The translations under genes and the position numbers were made by a program. From the NCBI GenBank assembly GCA_023205875.1, contig CP060755.1:1488001-1552000 (forward strand): a DNA stretch of 64,000 nt, written 5' to 3'. This DNA comes from Chloropicon primus. Taxonomy: Eukaryota. Every line of letters begins with the position of its first letter. The first letter of the stretch is position 1. The notes beneath the pieces are model-generated. The model was not told the origin of the DNA. It did not search any database and worked only from the letters and a program-made list of their open reading frames with translations. Shown here piece after piece: positions 18,474 through 28,033 of this stretch.

Positions 18474-19439
18474 ATGGAAACCTCCTCGACGTCGGCCACT
18501 TCCTCGCTTGCCCTTGCCGTGAAGGCGGTGCTCTCGGCGGGGAAGTCGCAGCTCAGGAACGAGGCGGACAAGGTCGTGTTCGCCCTGCACACCTGTCTGC
18601 AGTTGAAGGGTTACCGCCTTATTGCAGTAGGACGGGACGCGAGCACCTTCGATGGGGTCTGCAGCAAGTCCGAGGAGGTCGAGGGGGAGGGCTGGAACGC
18701 CCTGGAGAAGGACTACTCCTTCGCGTATGTTCCGAAGGGCAGGGAGGGAGTGCGGGTGCTGGTCAAGTGCTCGGTCCTCGGCTCGAGCGTTTGCGTCGCG
18801 GCAATCGCGAAGGGCACATCCTCGGAAGGCGAGGCTGCAGGGGGAGAGGGCGGAAGGGAACCCGTTACCACGGAGTATGATGTTCACTCCTGCGAGGAGC
18901 TGGACCGGCTCGTCTCGGAGGTCTGCGCTTTGGAGGGCTCGGTGAAAAGCCAGTACGATTCCGAAGACGGCCAGGAGAAGGGGCAGCGGTCGACCCCTTC
19001 CTCCGGAGCAGGCCCTCCTCCGAGCTCTGGGGTGAGGCCAGGCTTCTTCCCTGGTGCGGCTGGCTCGCTGAGAAGGGATCGGGTGCCTTACGTGGGTGCG
19101 GATGACCTCGTTCCCCCCGGGATAAGAGCGCCGGGGATGCCTGGAATGGGACCCTTTCCTGGGCCTTTGGGTGGACCCATGAGGGGCAGCCAGGTCGGCC
19201 CTGGTGACCCCATCTTCGGAAACAGGGGCATGAGGTTCGGGCAGCACATCCCTCCCTCTAATTTGCGCGTGCCACCCGGAGCAAGGTACGACCCGATTCA
19301 CCCCCCAGGCGTCCCCGATCCGGACTTTGGCTTTGGCGGTGTCGGCGAAGGCGAGTCCAGGATCCACCCTGATATCGGTAGGCCCCCCGAGGGACCTGGA
19401 GGAAGCAGCGGAGGCCACATGGATTTCATGTTCGGCTGA
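18474..19439 (+). CDS. PSMF1: Proteasome inhibitor PI31 (PSMF1)
   Basis: FP-domain-like N-terminus ('VFALHTCLQLKGYRLI', 'GWN...YSFAY'); Pro-rich C-terminus with 'VGADDLVP' and 'VPPGARYDPIHPP'. Confidence 0.85.
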   Translation: METSSTSATSSLALAVKAVLSAGKSQLRNEADKVVFALHTCLQLKGYRLIAVGRDASTFDGVCSKSEEVEGEGWNALEKDYSFAYVPKGREGVRVLVKCSVLGSSVCVAAIAKGTSSEGEAAGGEGGREPVTTEYDVHSCEELDRLVSEVCALEGSVKSQYDSEDGQEKGQRSTPSSGAGPPPSSGVRPGFFPGAAGSLRRDRVPYVGADDLVPPGIRAPGMPGMGPFPGPLGGPMRGSQVGPGDPIFGNRGMRFGQHIPPSNLRVPPGARYDPIHPPGVPDPDFGFGGVGEGESRIHPDIGRPPEGPGGSSGGHMDFMFG

Positions 19440-19482
19440 CCCAAAAGTACATTAAACAACGCTTGTAAAACCAAGTTTTATT

Positions 19483-20694
19483 TTACACCAAGCCAAGCTT
19501 ATCCCTCAGCGTGGTTGCCGCCGAGACAAAGGCAGGCTTCACTTCCCTCAACCTGACCTCGAGCTCGCGCCGCAGAATCTCGGCACACTTGCGCTTCGAT
19601 TCTTCATCCTCGGCGCCAGAGGCCGCGGCGTCGATCAGGCTGCTGAGGTTTTCGTCGCACAGCAGCCCCGGGAGCTCCGAGAGCGTCTTGCTCAGCTCCT
19701 TCCGCGAGATTCCCATCATCTTGGCCAGCATCTTCACAAAGGTTTTGGGCTTCATCCCGGGCTCCATGGACATCGGGAGGATCTCTTCGTTCATAGACCT
19801 GCAGGCATCGAACATGGCGTCGGCCACGTTGGTGGCATCCAAAAAGTTGTGCGTCAAGGATATCGAGTCGCACACATTCCTGACGGCATGAACGCACCTA
19901 CTCGGATTGAAACAAATCATTCCTTCCTCCTGAAAACCGTGGTACAGGCGAGCGGATGAGACCTTTGGCCAACGCTCGTACAGCTCGGGGTGGAAGAAAT
20001 CTGGCAGTGTCTCGGTCTCCCCCTCCTCCGAATCTGATTCGTTCTTGTACCCGTAAGCCGCGCTCCCTGTTCCTTCCGTCAGAAGTTCGTAGTCGTCCCC
20101 GTGGGCGCACACCCACTCCTTCCTGCCGCGCGCAAGCCACAGCCAAGCAGAGGACAAATTCGTATCAATGTGAGTGGGGGAGCCCGTTCCCTTACTCCCT
20201 ATGTAAAGCCACTTCATGTCCGTCGCCGCGTTGCCAAGCACGACGTTGTGGGAGACCCACTTTGGGCTTCTCTCGAAATATCTGGGAACCACAAAGTCGT
20301 CCGCCAGGCTCCCCGAGTTTCCCCGGACGTAAGGCCAGGCACTCAAATAGAAGGGCTCGCCGGATCCTGCCTCAATCCTCCTCAGCGCCTCTCCCACCGT
20401 AGTCTCCACCTCCCTCGACTCGCAGGGCGGTCCAGCGGCAGCCTCAACTTCATATTCCAGATCAACGCCTTCGTGCTCGAGGAAGTACCGTATGTTCCGC
20501 CAATTCGTGGTCGCGGGCCATTGCGCTCCGACGTTCTTGATGAAGCACGGCTGCCTCGCCAGCGCGTACCTAACAAGGAACTCCTCGTACGTCAAGCTCC
20601 CTCCATCCGCCACCGGGAGTGGGAGGTGACCTTGGGCCACCTCGGGTCGCCGACCCGACGCGGTAGCGTGCGGCGATCTGCTGTTACCTTCCAT
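19483..20694 (-). CDS. JmjC-domain 2-oxoglutarate/Fe dioxygenase (JMJD4/JMJD6-like)
   Basis: 'WLYIGSKGTGSPTHIDTN' (HxD), 'GRKEW', 'FNPSRCVHAVRN..SISLTHNF'. Confidence 0.85.
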   Translation of the reverse strand: MEGNSRSPHATASGRRPEVAQGHLPLPVADGGSLTYEEFLVRYALARQPCFIKNVGAQWPATTNWRNIRYFLEHEGVDLEYEVEAAAGPPCESREVETTVGEALRRIEAGSGEPFYLSAWPYVRGNSGSLADDFVVPRYFERSPKWVSHNVVLGNAATDMKWLYIGSKGTGSPTHIDTNLSSAWLWLARGRKEWVCAHGDDYELLTEGTGSAAYGYKNESDSEEGETETLPDFFHPELYERWPKVSSARLYHGFQEEGMICFNPSRCVHAVRNVCDSISLTHNFLDATNVADAMFDACRSMNEEILPMSMEPGMKPKTFVKMLAKMMGISRKELSKTLSELPGLLCDENLSSLIDAAASGAEDEESKRKCAEILRRELEVRLREVKPAFVSAATTLRDKLGLV

Positions 20695-20798
20695 GCGGCG
20701 GACCCCCCAGGCGTCTCTCACCCCGATCACTCCCGCGATCTGCAGGGACAAACGACGGCCAGGTCGGCGCAGAGGAGCGAGAGAGCGAGTGAGAGAGG

Positions 20799-23600
20799 AT
20801 GGCTTCGAAAGGAGTGGAGGTGATATTGGGGACGCAAGGCGTGGGAGCCGCGCCGAAGCAAGGGGAGCTGGTTCTTCTGGGCTGCGGTGCCGCGACGGTT
20901 GCGGTGGACTGCGGGGCGCTCCGGAAGCTCAAGGAGGACAAGAAGCTCGAGGAGAAAGTGAAAGAGCTCGGAGGATCCGAGGCAGGGGGCGATGTCCCCG
21001 CGCCAGTGGCGAGGATCGCAGTTGCGCTCAAGATCTTGGAGCTCCTCAAGGGCGCGAACAAGGTCCGCGCGCCGCTCGTGAAGCACCTCGAGATCTTCTT
21101 GAACAACGGAGGAGTTCCTGACCTCGGCCTCGGAAAGTCGCCGTTTTCAGCCTTCGTCGGCGCCCTGGACGCGGGGTGCGAGCTCAACGAGGTGGAGAAG
21201 GCAACCCTGCTGGGGGAGAAGACGCTGGTGAACGCTTATGCCGTCATCTGCACGGAGGCGACGAGGCAGCTGCTTTCTCTGTCGAACGGCGTGTCCTGCC
21301 TCTCCTCGGAGGCCTGCCCTGCGGATATGCGCTACCTCGACCAAGCCGCTTTGGAGAACTACGGCAACAAGCACGTCGTAGCTGCCGGAATGGCGATGCG
21401 GGGGGTCCTAGAGGGCTCGTCTGTTTTGACTAGCTCCAAGGGCAAGAAGATGCAAGCCTTCTCTGAGACGCCGTTTGCTCAAGCCATTGCCTCGCAGATC
21501 TTGGCAGAGGTGTCGAAGGCGGTCAACGTGGAGCTCTCGAGCCCCCAAAGCGTCTTCGTGGCGGGAAAGGAGTCCCTTCCCGTGGTGTCCTCTGGGTTGG
21601 AGAGTCTCCTCCTCCCCTTGGCCGAGTCCCTGCTCAACGTTGTCGCCCTGAGCAACGAAAGGACGCAGGAAGTGAAAGCTGCGATCAGTTCTGCGGGGGA
21701 AAGCCAAGTGGTTGGGGACTTGGCACGGTTCGTCGGCAAGTATCACGACATGTGCAAGGACAAGTTTGCTGTAGCCAGGAAGGAGTCCACTCTCTTTGCC
21801 GAGGGCCTCCTGGGCGGCAACAGCCAGGCGGCTGGGATTTCTGTCGCTGCCGTGGTCGACGCCTTGCATCACACGATGTTGGTCGAAGCATTTGCTGCGG
21901 TTTGCCTGTTGAGGATTAAGCAAGGCGCCAAAGTGGTCGCCCAGGAGGAGGCTCCAAAACCAGAGGCCTCGGACGACAAGAAGAAGAAGAAGAAGAAGGA
22001 GAAGAAGAAGAAGGGCGGGATCGGGAAGGGCTCGGAGATTGTTCAAAAGTATCTTGAGGATGCGTGCACTAGGGGTCAGGATAGCCCTTACATGAACGCC
22101 CTCTGCGCTGCAGACGAGGAGGCTTCCTCGAACAAAATGTCTTTGGAGTCCTCGTTCCGAAATTTGTCAAAGTCAATAGACTGGGCTCTGGGAGACCTGA
22201 AGAAGTTCCTGGCGTCTCTCCAGCAGGTCATCGAGGCCAACCAACCCAGGAGGAAGCCAAAGATCGCCAAGGGCGCAAGAGACTTCTTGCCTGACCAGAT
22301 GAAGATTAGGGAGGGCGTCTTCAACAAGGTCGTGTCAGTTTTCAAAAGGCACGGCGCCGTGTCCATCGACACGCCTGTTTTCGAGCTCCGTGAGACCCTG
22401 ATGGGGAAGTACGGCGAGGACAGCAAGCTCATTTACGATTTGGCGGACCAAGGGGGAGAGATTCTCAGTCTGCGTTACGATCTTACTGTCCCGTTCAGCA
22501 GATTCTGTGCTCTGCATGGCACGGGAAACATCAAGCGGTACCACATGGGAAAAGTGTACCGCCGTGACCAGCCACAGATGAACCGCGGGAGGTTCCGTGA
22601 GTTTGTCCAGTGCGATTTTGACATTGCGGGCACCTACTCGACCATGGTTCCTGATTCCGAGGTCATCAAGGTGATGGTGGAAATACTGAGTGACCTTGAC
22701 ATCGGAGACTTTTGCATCAAGATTAATCACAGGCTGCTCCTGGACTCCATCATGGCTGTCTGTGGCGTCCCAGAGCAGAGATTCAGGCCCATCTGCAGCG
22801 CCATTGACAAGCTCGACAAGTCGCCCTGGGAGGAAGTGAAGCGGGAGATGGTGGAAGACAAGGGTTTGGCCCCGGAGGCCGCAGACAAGATCGGCCAGAT
22901 CGTCGCATTGCACGGGAGCCCAAAGAAGATGCTTGAGACCCTGAAGACGGACGAGATGCAAATCTTGCGGGATCTGAGGCAGCACCCAAAGGCTAAGGCG
23001 GCTTTGGAAGAAATGACGATGCTGTTTGACTTCCTGGACGCGATGAATGCTCTTGACAGGCTGTCCCTTGACATGAGCTTGGCCCGTGGCCTTGATTACT
23101 ACACGGGGGTAATCTACGAAGCAGTTCTTATTGGGGGCAACGTGGGGTCCATCGCCGCGGGGGGACGGTACGACTATCTCGTTGGATCCTTTGCAGGAAA
23201 GGATATTCCTGCTGTGGGCGTGAGCATTGGGATCGAGAGGGTATTCTCCATCATCGAAGAAAAGCTGAAAGAGGAGGCGAAGCAGACTGGGGTTCCCATT
23301 CGTTCCACGGACACCCAAGTCCTCGTCTCGTCGATCGGCAACGGAATGCAGAAGAAGAGGATGGAAATTGCGAACGTGCTTTGGTCGGCTGGAATCAACG
23401 CTGAGTTCGGGTTCAAGCCCAACCCCAAGATGGGCGACCAGATTACTTACGCCTTGGAGAGTGGAATTCCATTCATGGTCCTCTTCGGGGAAGACGAGAT
23501 CAACAACAACAGCGTGAAGGTGAAGGACATGAAGGAGAGGTCAGAGACCACGGTCACCCTGACGGACCTCGTTCCCGAGCTCTCCAAGTTGATCAAATAA
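20799..23600 (+). CDS. HARS: Cytosolic histidyl-tRNA synthetase with plant-type N-terminal histidine ammonia-lyase-like extension
   Basis: 'KIAKGARDF', 'LRYDLTVPF', 'RGRFREFVQCDFDIAG', 'LARGLDYYTG', 'GGRYD', anticodon-binding domain; ~480-aa helical N-extension. Confidence 0.95.
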   Translation: MASKGVEVILGTQGVGAAPKQGELVLLGCGAATVAVDCGALRKLKEDKKLEEKVKELGGSEAGGDVPAPVARIAVALKILELLKGANKVRAPLVKHLEIFLNNGGVPDLGLGKSPFSAFVGALDAGCELNEVEKATLLGEKTLVNAYAVICTEATRQLLSLSNGVSCLSSEACPADMRYLDQAALENYGNKHVVAAGMAMRGVLEGSSVLTSSKGKKMQAFSETPFAQAIASQILAEVSKAVNVELSSPQSVFVAGKESLPVVSSGLESLLLPLAESLLNVVALSNERTQEVKAAISSAGESQVVGDLARFVGKYHDMCKDKFAVARKESTLFAEGLLGGNSQAAGISVAAVVDALHHTMLVEAFAAVCLLRIKQGAKVVAQEEAPKPEASDDKKKKKKKEKKKKGGIGKGSEIVQKYLEDACTRGQDSPYMNALCAADEEASSNKMSLESSFRNLSKSIDWALGDLKKFLASLQQVIEANQPRRKPKIAKGARDFLPDQMKIREGVFNKVVSVFKRHGAVSIDTPVFELRETLMGKYGEDSKLIYDLADQGGEILSLRYDLTVPFSRFCALHGTGNIKRYHMGKVYRRDQPQMNRGRFREFVQCDFDIAGTYSTMVPDSEVIKVMVEILSDLDIGDFCIKINHRLLLDSIMAVCGVPEQRFRPICSAIDKLDKSPWEEVKREMVEDKGLAPEAADKIGQIVALHGSPKKMLETLKTDEMQILRDLRQHPKAKAALEEMTMLFDFLDAMNALDRLSLDMSLARGLDYYTGVIYEAVLIGGNVGSIAAGGRYDYLVGSFAGKDIPAVGVSIGIERVFSIIEEKLKEEAKQTGVPIRSTDTQVLVSSIGNGMQKKRMEIANVLWSAGINAEFGFKPNPKMGDQITYALESGIPFMVLFGEDEINNNSVKVKDMKERSETTVTLTDLVPELSKLIK

Positions 23601-23672
23601 AGGGCGATAATTAATGATACAATGTTTTCCAGGGCTGCTTATCTTGCCGCCGGGGGCCCCACCAGAGCGGTG

Positions 23673-24593
23673 CTATTCCCCCTTGATCATTTCTCGGCGA
23701 GCCGCCAGACTCAAGCCGTCCTCGCTTGAAATGTCGTTCACGAACTCCTCCAGCTCTCCCTTGGATTTTGACACAATTTTGGCCATCAGGTACGCCCCAA
23801 CGACCACCCCCAGCAGCGTGATCGCCGCGATCCCCGCGTCTAACCTCACCAGGTCCCTCTCTTCCCACTCGTACTTCACCACAAGCAGCTTCGGCCAGTG
23901 TGTCTGGTTCTTGAAGTGATTGATGCTTTCCGCATGGGTGTTCGAGTATTCCTGCGGCAAGGGGACCACCTTGGCCCGGAAGCTCGTGACCTCCTCGCCC
24001 GCGTGAACCAGATTCACGTGAACCATCGGTATACTAACAGAGGCCTTCTTCCCGTTGATGACCCTCATCCAAGACGTGTGAAAGTTGTAGTGATCCAGGG
24101 CGAGGGAGAGCTTGTAGTCGTCCCCTTTCTCGAACCCGTGCGGCTTTGCCAGCGGCACGGCCACCTGCGGAATCGAAGGAGATTCAGCGAAGAGGAAAAG
24201 CAGCGAGGGAAGCAGCCCGCTGGTCAGAGACTTGGACGCAGGGAGGTTCGAGAACAAATATTGTATCTGCCGGAGAAGGACTTGTCGTTTCATCCTTACC
24301 ACATCGTTCACAGCAAAGTGCGGGCAGAACCGCCCGAAAATCTCGTGCCACTCCGTCCGTTTCTACGTCGAAGCGTGTTGAAGCCCGTGCAAGCGCGAAA
24401 GCACGAAGTCAGTTTCCCCCCTTAAGTTTGGAGCCAAACTCCTGCTGGCCCACGGCGTGACTCCACGACTCACCTGATTGAACTGCGCACGTCTCGCCAA
24501 GTGCAAGGTATCCCCCTTGTGGTATGCGCTCGCCCCTTGCGACCCCGCAAGTACCACCGCAACCACCAACACTACCGCCACGAACGACGACAT
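23673..24593 (-). CDS. Signal-peptide, single-TM protein like Arabidopsis NPU (no primexine and plasma membrane undulation) (exons 24593-24474, 24362-24300, 24164-23673)
   Basis: 'AYHKGDTLHLARRAQFNQ|KRTEWHEIFGRFCPHFAVN', 'IPMVHVNL', 'HWPKLLVVKYEWEE' and a C-terminal TM match the recalled NPU family pattern. Confidence 0.72.
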
Positions 24594-24685
24594 CTCCCCT
24601 CTCCCCCGACTTTCAGCAAAGCTGCTGCTGCTGGGAGGACGAGGGGGGCAGAATTATCGACCGCGCAGTCGAGCGGCCACCCACG

Positions 24686-25371
24686 ATGAAGAAGCAGAAG
24701 ATCCTGCAGCTGGCCAAGGGCTTCCGAGGAAGAGCGAAGAACTGCTTTAGGGTGAGTGGAGTGCCATCGCGAGGGGTTTCCTCCCTCCTCGGAGACGACG
24801 TGCGGGGCGAGGAGAACCCGAGCGAGCGTCCTCCGGCATGTTGTTGTCGCGATAGATTGTTTTTTGGTTGTTTTGTTTTGTTTTCGACCACCGGTGGGAA
24901 GAAGGGTTGACTCTCGCGAGGGGAGCTGACGCCGAGTCTCTTTTTGTTTCGCTTCGTCTTTTCGCGTCTTCTTCGCTTGCTCGGCTGGGACAGATTGCCA
25001 TCAACCGAGTGGAGAAGGCGTTGCAGTACCAGTACCGCGACCGGAAGGTGAAGAAGCGGGAGGCCAGGAAACTCTGGATACAGCAGATAAACGCGGCCAC
25101 CAGGCAGCACGGGGTACGTCTTCGCTTGCGGCTAATGCCACTTTCATCCGGGAAAAGGGTTTGGGGGCGTTTTGTTTTGCTGACCATTCTCTCTCTCTCT
25201 CTCTCTCTCTCGTGTCTTCAGATCATTTACTCGCAGTTCATGCATACGCTTGCCAAGGATAATATCAAGCTCGATAGGAAGACTCTGTCCGACCTGGCAA
25301 TAAACGAGCCTCACAGCTTCAAGGCGCTCGTGGACAGGGTAAAGTTCATGCGAGGCAACGGTATTGACTAG
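24686..25371 (+). CDS. rpl20: Ribosomal protein bL20, probably mitochondrial (exons 24686-24751, 24994-25113, 25222-25371)
   Basis: MKKQKILQLAKGFRGRAKNCFR|IAINRVEKALQYQYRDRKVKKREARKLWIQQINAATRQHG|IIYSQFM..LDRKTLSDLAINEP. Confidence 0.93.
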
Positions 25372-25560
25372 GCGACGACGTGGAAGAGGAAAATGTATAC
25401 TTATTTGACCACCCTCGGTGGTGGAAAGGAGCCGCCGTTGCGACGAGCGCTTCCGGAAGGAAAGTTCTGTTCGAAACACCCGAGTTGTGTCAAAGTAAAT
25501 AAAGAATTAAAACATTTAGTGAAGCGCTGCTCGCCAGCATTGCTGTACACCGCGAGGCTG

Positions 25561-26658
25561 TCAAGACTTCATCACCTCCTCTAGCCTTTGTTCCACGGGC
25601 AGGATAGCCCAGTTTGGCGACGGGGTGGACTTGAGCCACCCGAAGTCCTTGACGTCCGTCCACAGCTCGTTCTCCTCGTCCAGCCTTGTCCTCTCCAACT
25701 CAGCCTCTAGGCCATCGTAACGGAAAGAGTAGGGCGCAAACCTGACCTCCGAGCACTTCTCAATGATAGGATAGCTCCTCGACCTCAGGTAGAAGTCCAC
25801 CTTGTTCGCCTTGTGGAGCCTCACCTGGTGGGCAGCAGCCATGACGAGAGAGTCCCTCGCCTCCTCCAGGTACAGCGAGCCCTCAACGGGCCCGCAGAAA
25901 ACCCTGCAGTTCGTGAGGTTCACCAGCCTCAGCACCGCCACCTTGGCCAACACGTAGAACGTGCAGTCCTTGGAGCTCCCTATCTCGATGTCGTCGCTAG
26001 TAACCTTTTCTTGGGTCAGAGTCACGACTTCGCCCTCCCTGGACTCGACTTTCATGCCCTTGGCCTCCACCTCCACCCCTCCGGCCGGCCCCTTGTTCTC
26101 CGCCTCCGCCTTCTCCGCCGCGCCCTTCGCTCGCGTCACGTCCCTCGCTGCCGTGGTCGCCTCGTCCGACGCGTTCCTCTCCTTCATCACCCTTCTCCGC
26201 CTGAAAGTGAACGCCTTCCTCGGAAGGACCTTCTTCTGGACGCTGTCTATCCTGGCTTTCAGGTCTTTCGCGAGGTCTGAAGTGGCACGAACATCGTACG
26301 CGGACAAAAAGTAAGAAGCGCTCGCAGCCGCCTTCTCCATCTCCAGAACCCTGAGTCGGAGGCCCTCGAAAGTACCCTTGGCAACGTGAATCTCATCCTT
26401 CGTGGACGGGGGTCGCTCCTCCACCTCCTGCAAGGACCTGCGGATGGACTCCGCCTCCTGCTGCTGGGACTGGTTGAACTTGTCCACGTTCTCTCTCGGG
26501 TTCGCCTCTTCCTTCTCCTTCTCTTTCCTCCTCTCGCGCTGGGCCGCCCGCTCCGCGTCGCCCTTGGACAGCCTCTCCACCACCCGCGCGTCCGCCTCCT
26601 CCGAGAGGGCCTTCGCGCCCTTCACAAAGTTGTCCTGCACCTCCGTTGTCGTCGCCAT
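25561..26658 (-). CDS. TBCC: Tubulin-folding cofactor C
   Basis: N-terminal helical bundle ('SYFLSAYDVR', 'PRKAFTF') and C-CAP domain ('GPVEGSLY', 'HQVRLH', 'PIIEKC', 'WTDVKDFGWLK..SPNW'). Confidence 0.92.
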   Translation of the reverse strand: MATTTEVQDNFVKGAKALSEEADARVVERLSKGDAERAAQRERRKEKEKEEANPRENVDKFNQSQQQEAESIRRSLQEVEERPPSTKDEIHVAKGTFEGLRLRVLEMEKAAASASYFLSAYDVRATSDLAKDLKARIDSVQKKVLPRKAFTFRRRRVMKERNASDEATTAARDVTRAKGAAEKAEAENKGPAGGVEVEAKGMKVESREGEVVTLTQEKVTSDDIEIGSSKDCTFYVLAKVAVLRLVNLTNCRVFCGPVEGSLYLEEARDSLVMAAAHQVRLHKANKVDFYLRSRSYPIIEKCSEVRFAPYSFRYDGLEAELERTRLDEENELWTDVKDFGWLKSTPSPNWAILPVEQRLEEVMKS

Positions 26659-26847
26659 GATGCTGCCTACTCTCTGCAATCTGTCGATTTTCAAAAAGGC
26701 TTGGCCCGGCTGAGCCTGTGGAGGGACTTGGGATGGCGAGCAGCCGGTGTTGCTCCATCAGAATTCATGGTGGCGATGCATTCACGTGATTCTGTCTGTG
26801 TCCCTTGGTTATTACAACTTTTCAAGCTTGGAGTTTTAAATATGGCG

Positions 26848-27801
26848 CTACTTGTTGCCATCGGTCCTCCTCCACAAACGGAAGAGCCTGAAGGGCCTGG
26901 TGGTCTCCTGAGGCACCAGGGCCTGCGGCCTGAGCATGCCGAAGAGCCCGCCCCGAGCGGCAGTCTCGCCCTCAACAGCGGCGCCAAAGGCGGAGGACCC
27001 GAAGATGGGCCTCCTCCTGGGGGCGAACCTCGGCAGGTTAGCGCCCAGCCTCCCCGGGGCGCCGAACGTCCTGCTGAAGATGACGTCGTCGGAGTCCCCC
27101 ACCGCCGCGGCGGACACTGGATCGTGGAGGATGGACTCGTGGCTCTCGTTGGCCAGGGCCTCGTTCTCGTCGAAGCAGAGGGTCAGGTCCCAGTTCATCA
27201 ACCTGACGTGCTCCCTGTTCTTGAAGCTCTTGTTCTCCAGGCGGAGCTCCCAGGTCCCCTTCGAGCCGCCGTTCCCGGCGTTGGTCGAGATGCCCCTGAC
27301 GAGGTGCTTCAAGCTAGTGTCTGGCCTCGCAGTGATCTGCACGAACTCCCTCTTCGCTTGCCTGATCTCGTTCATCTTCATGGCGGTGAGGGCCTCGCCC
27401 AATGTCAAAGGAGCGTCGTCCCGCCAGATCACCTCGAGCTTCAGGGGCTTGAGGTGGTCGATCAGGAAGTTGGGGTTGTTCCTCAGCTCGTTCTTGAGCA
27501 CCACGGTCTTCTCCGGGACGTCGAGGGCGCCCCCCGGGGGCACCACGTCCACGGAGAGCTTGACCCCGTTGAACTGCTTGACCAGCAGCTTGGTCGTCAC
27601 GAAGACCTCCGAAATCTGTTTCATGTCCCCCACGCCGATCGCCGCGATCTCGGTGTGGTCCATCGGCTTGTCCACCTGCAAGTCCCGCGACTTGAACGCG
27701 TACTGCTCGCAGTGCGGCTCCATCGCCGCAAAGGCGGTCGGCGCGACCACCAGGGCCGCCAACACCACCGCGGCAACGGTGGACCTCGTCGTCGTCGCCA
27801 T
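26848..27801 (-). CDS. Secreted protein with a proprotein-convertase P-domain-like region
   Basis: Signal peptide 'TVAAVVLAALVVAPTAFA'; 'ISEVFVTTKL', 'PGG..TVVL', 'KGTWELRLEN', 'LMNWDLTL' resemble a P domain. No protease domain. Confidence 0.5.
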   Translation of the reverse strand: MATTTRSTVAAVVLAALVVAPTAFAAMEPHCEQYAFKSRDLQVDKPMDHTEIAAIGVGDMKQISEVFVTTKLLVKQFNGVKLSVDVVPPGGALDVPEKTVVLKNELRNNPNFLIDHLKPLKLEVIWRDDAPLTLGEALTAMKMNEIRQAKREFVQITARPDTSLKHLVRGISTNAGNGGSKGTWELRLENKSFKNREHVRLMNWDLTLCFDENEALANESHESILHDPVSAAAVGDSDDVIFSRTFGAPGRLGANLPRFAPRRRPIFGSSAFGAAVEGETAARGGLFGMLRPQALVPQETTRPFRLFRLWRRTDGNK

Positions 27802-28033
27802 CCTCTTCACACTTCTCGCTTCTCCCTTCTCTCGCTGCGGCGCTCTTTGCTTTGCGTGGTGATGGCTGTCGACGACAAACACACTGTGACTGAGGACTCC
27901 CGCAGCCGCCCCGTTCCGCAAAACTCTCTAACTCTCTCGAAGCTGCCGTTACTCTCGAAGTTGCCGGTCGGTCTGGCGTTGGTCTCAAGGCAAGGCCGGA
28001 TTTCATCGAGCTAACTTTATAGCCGGAGCGGGG

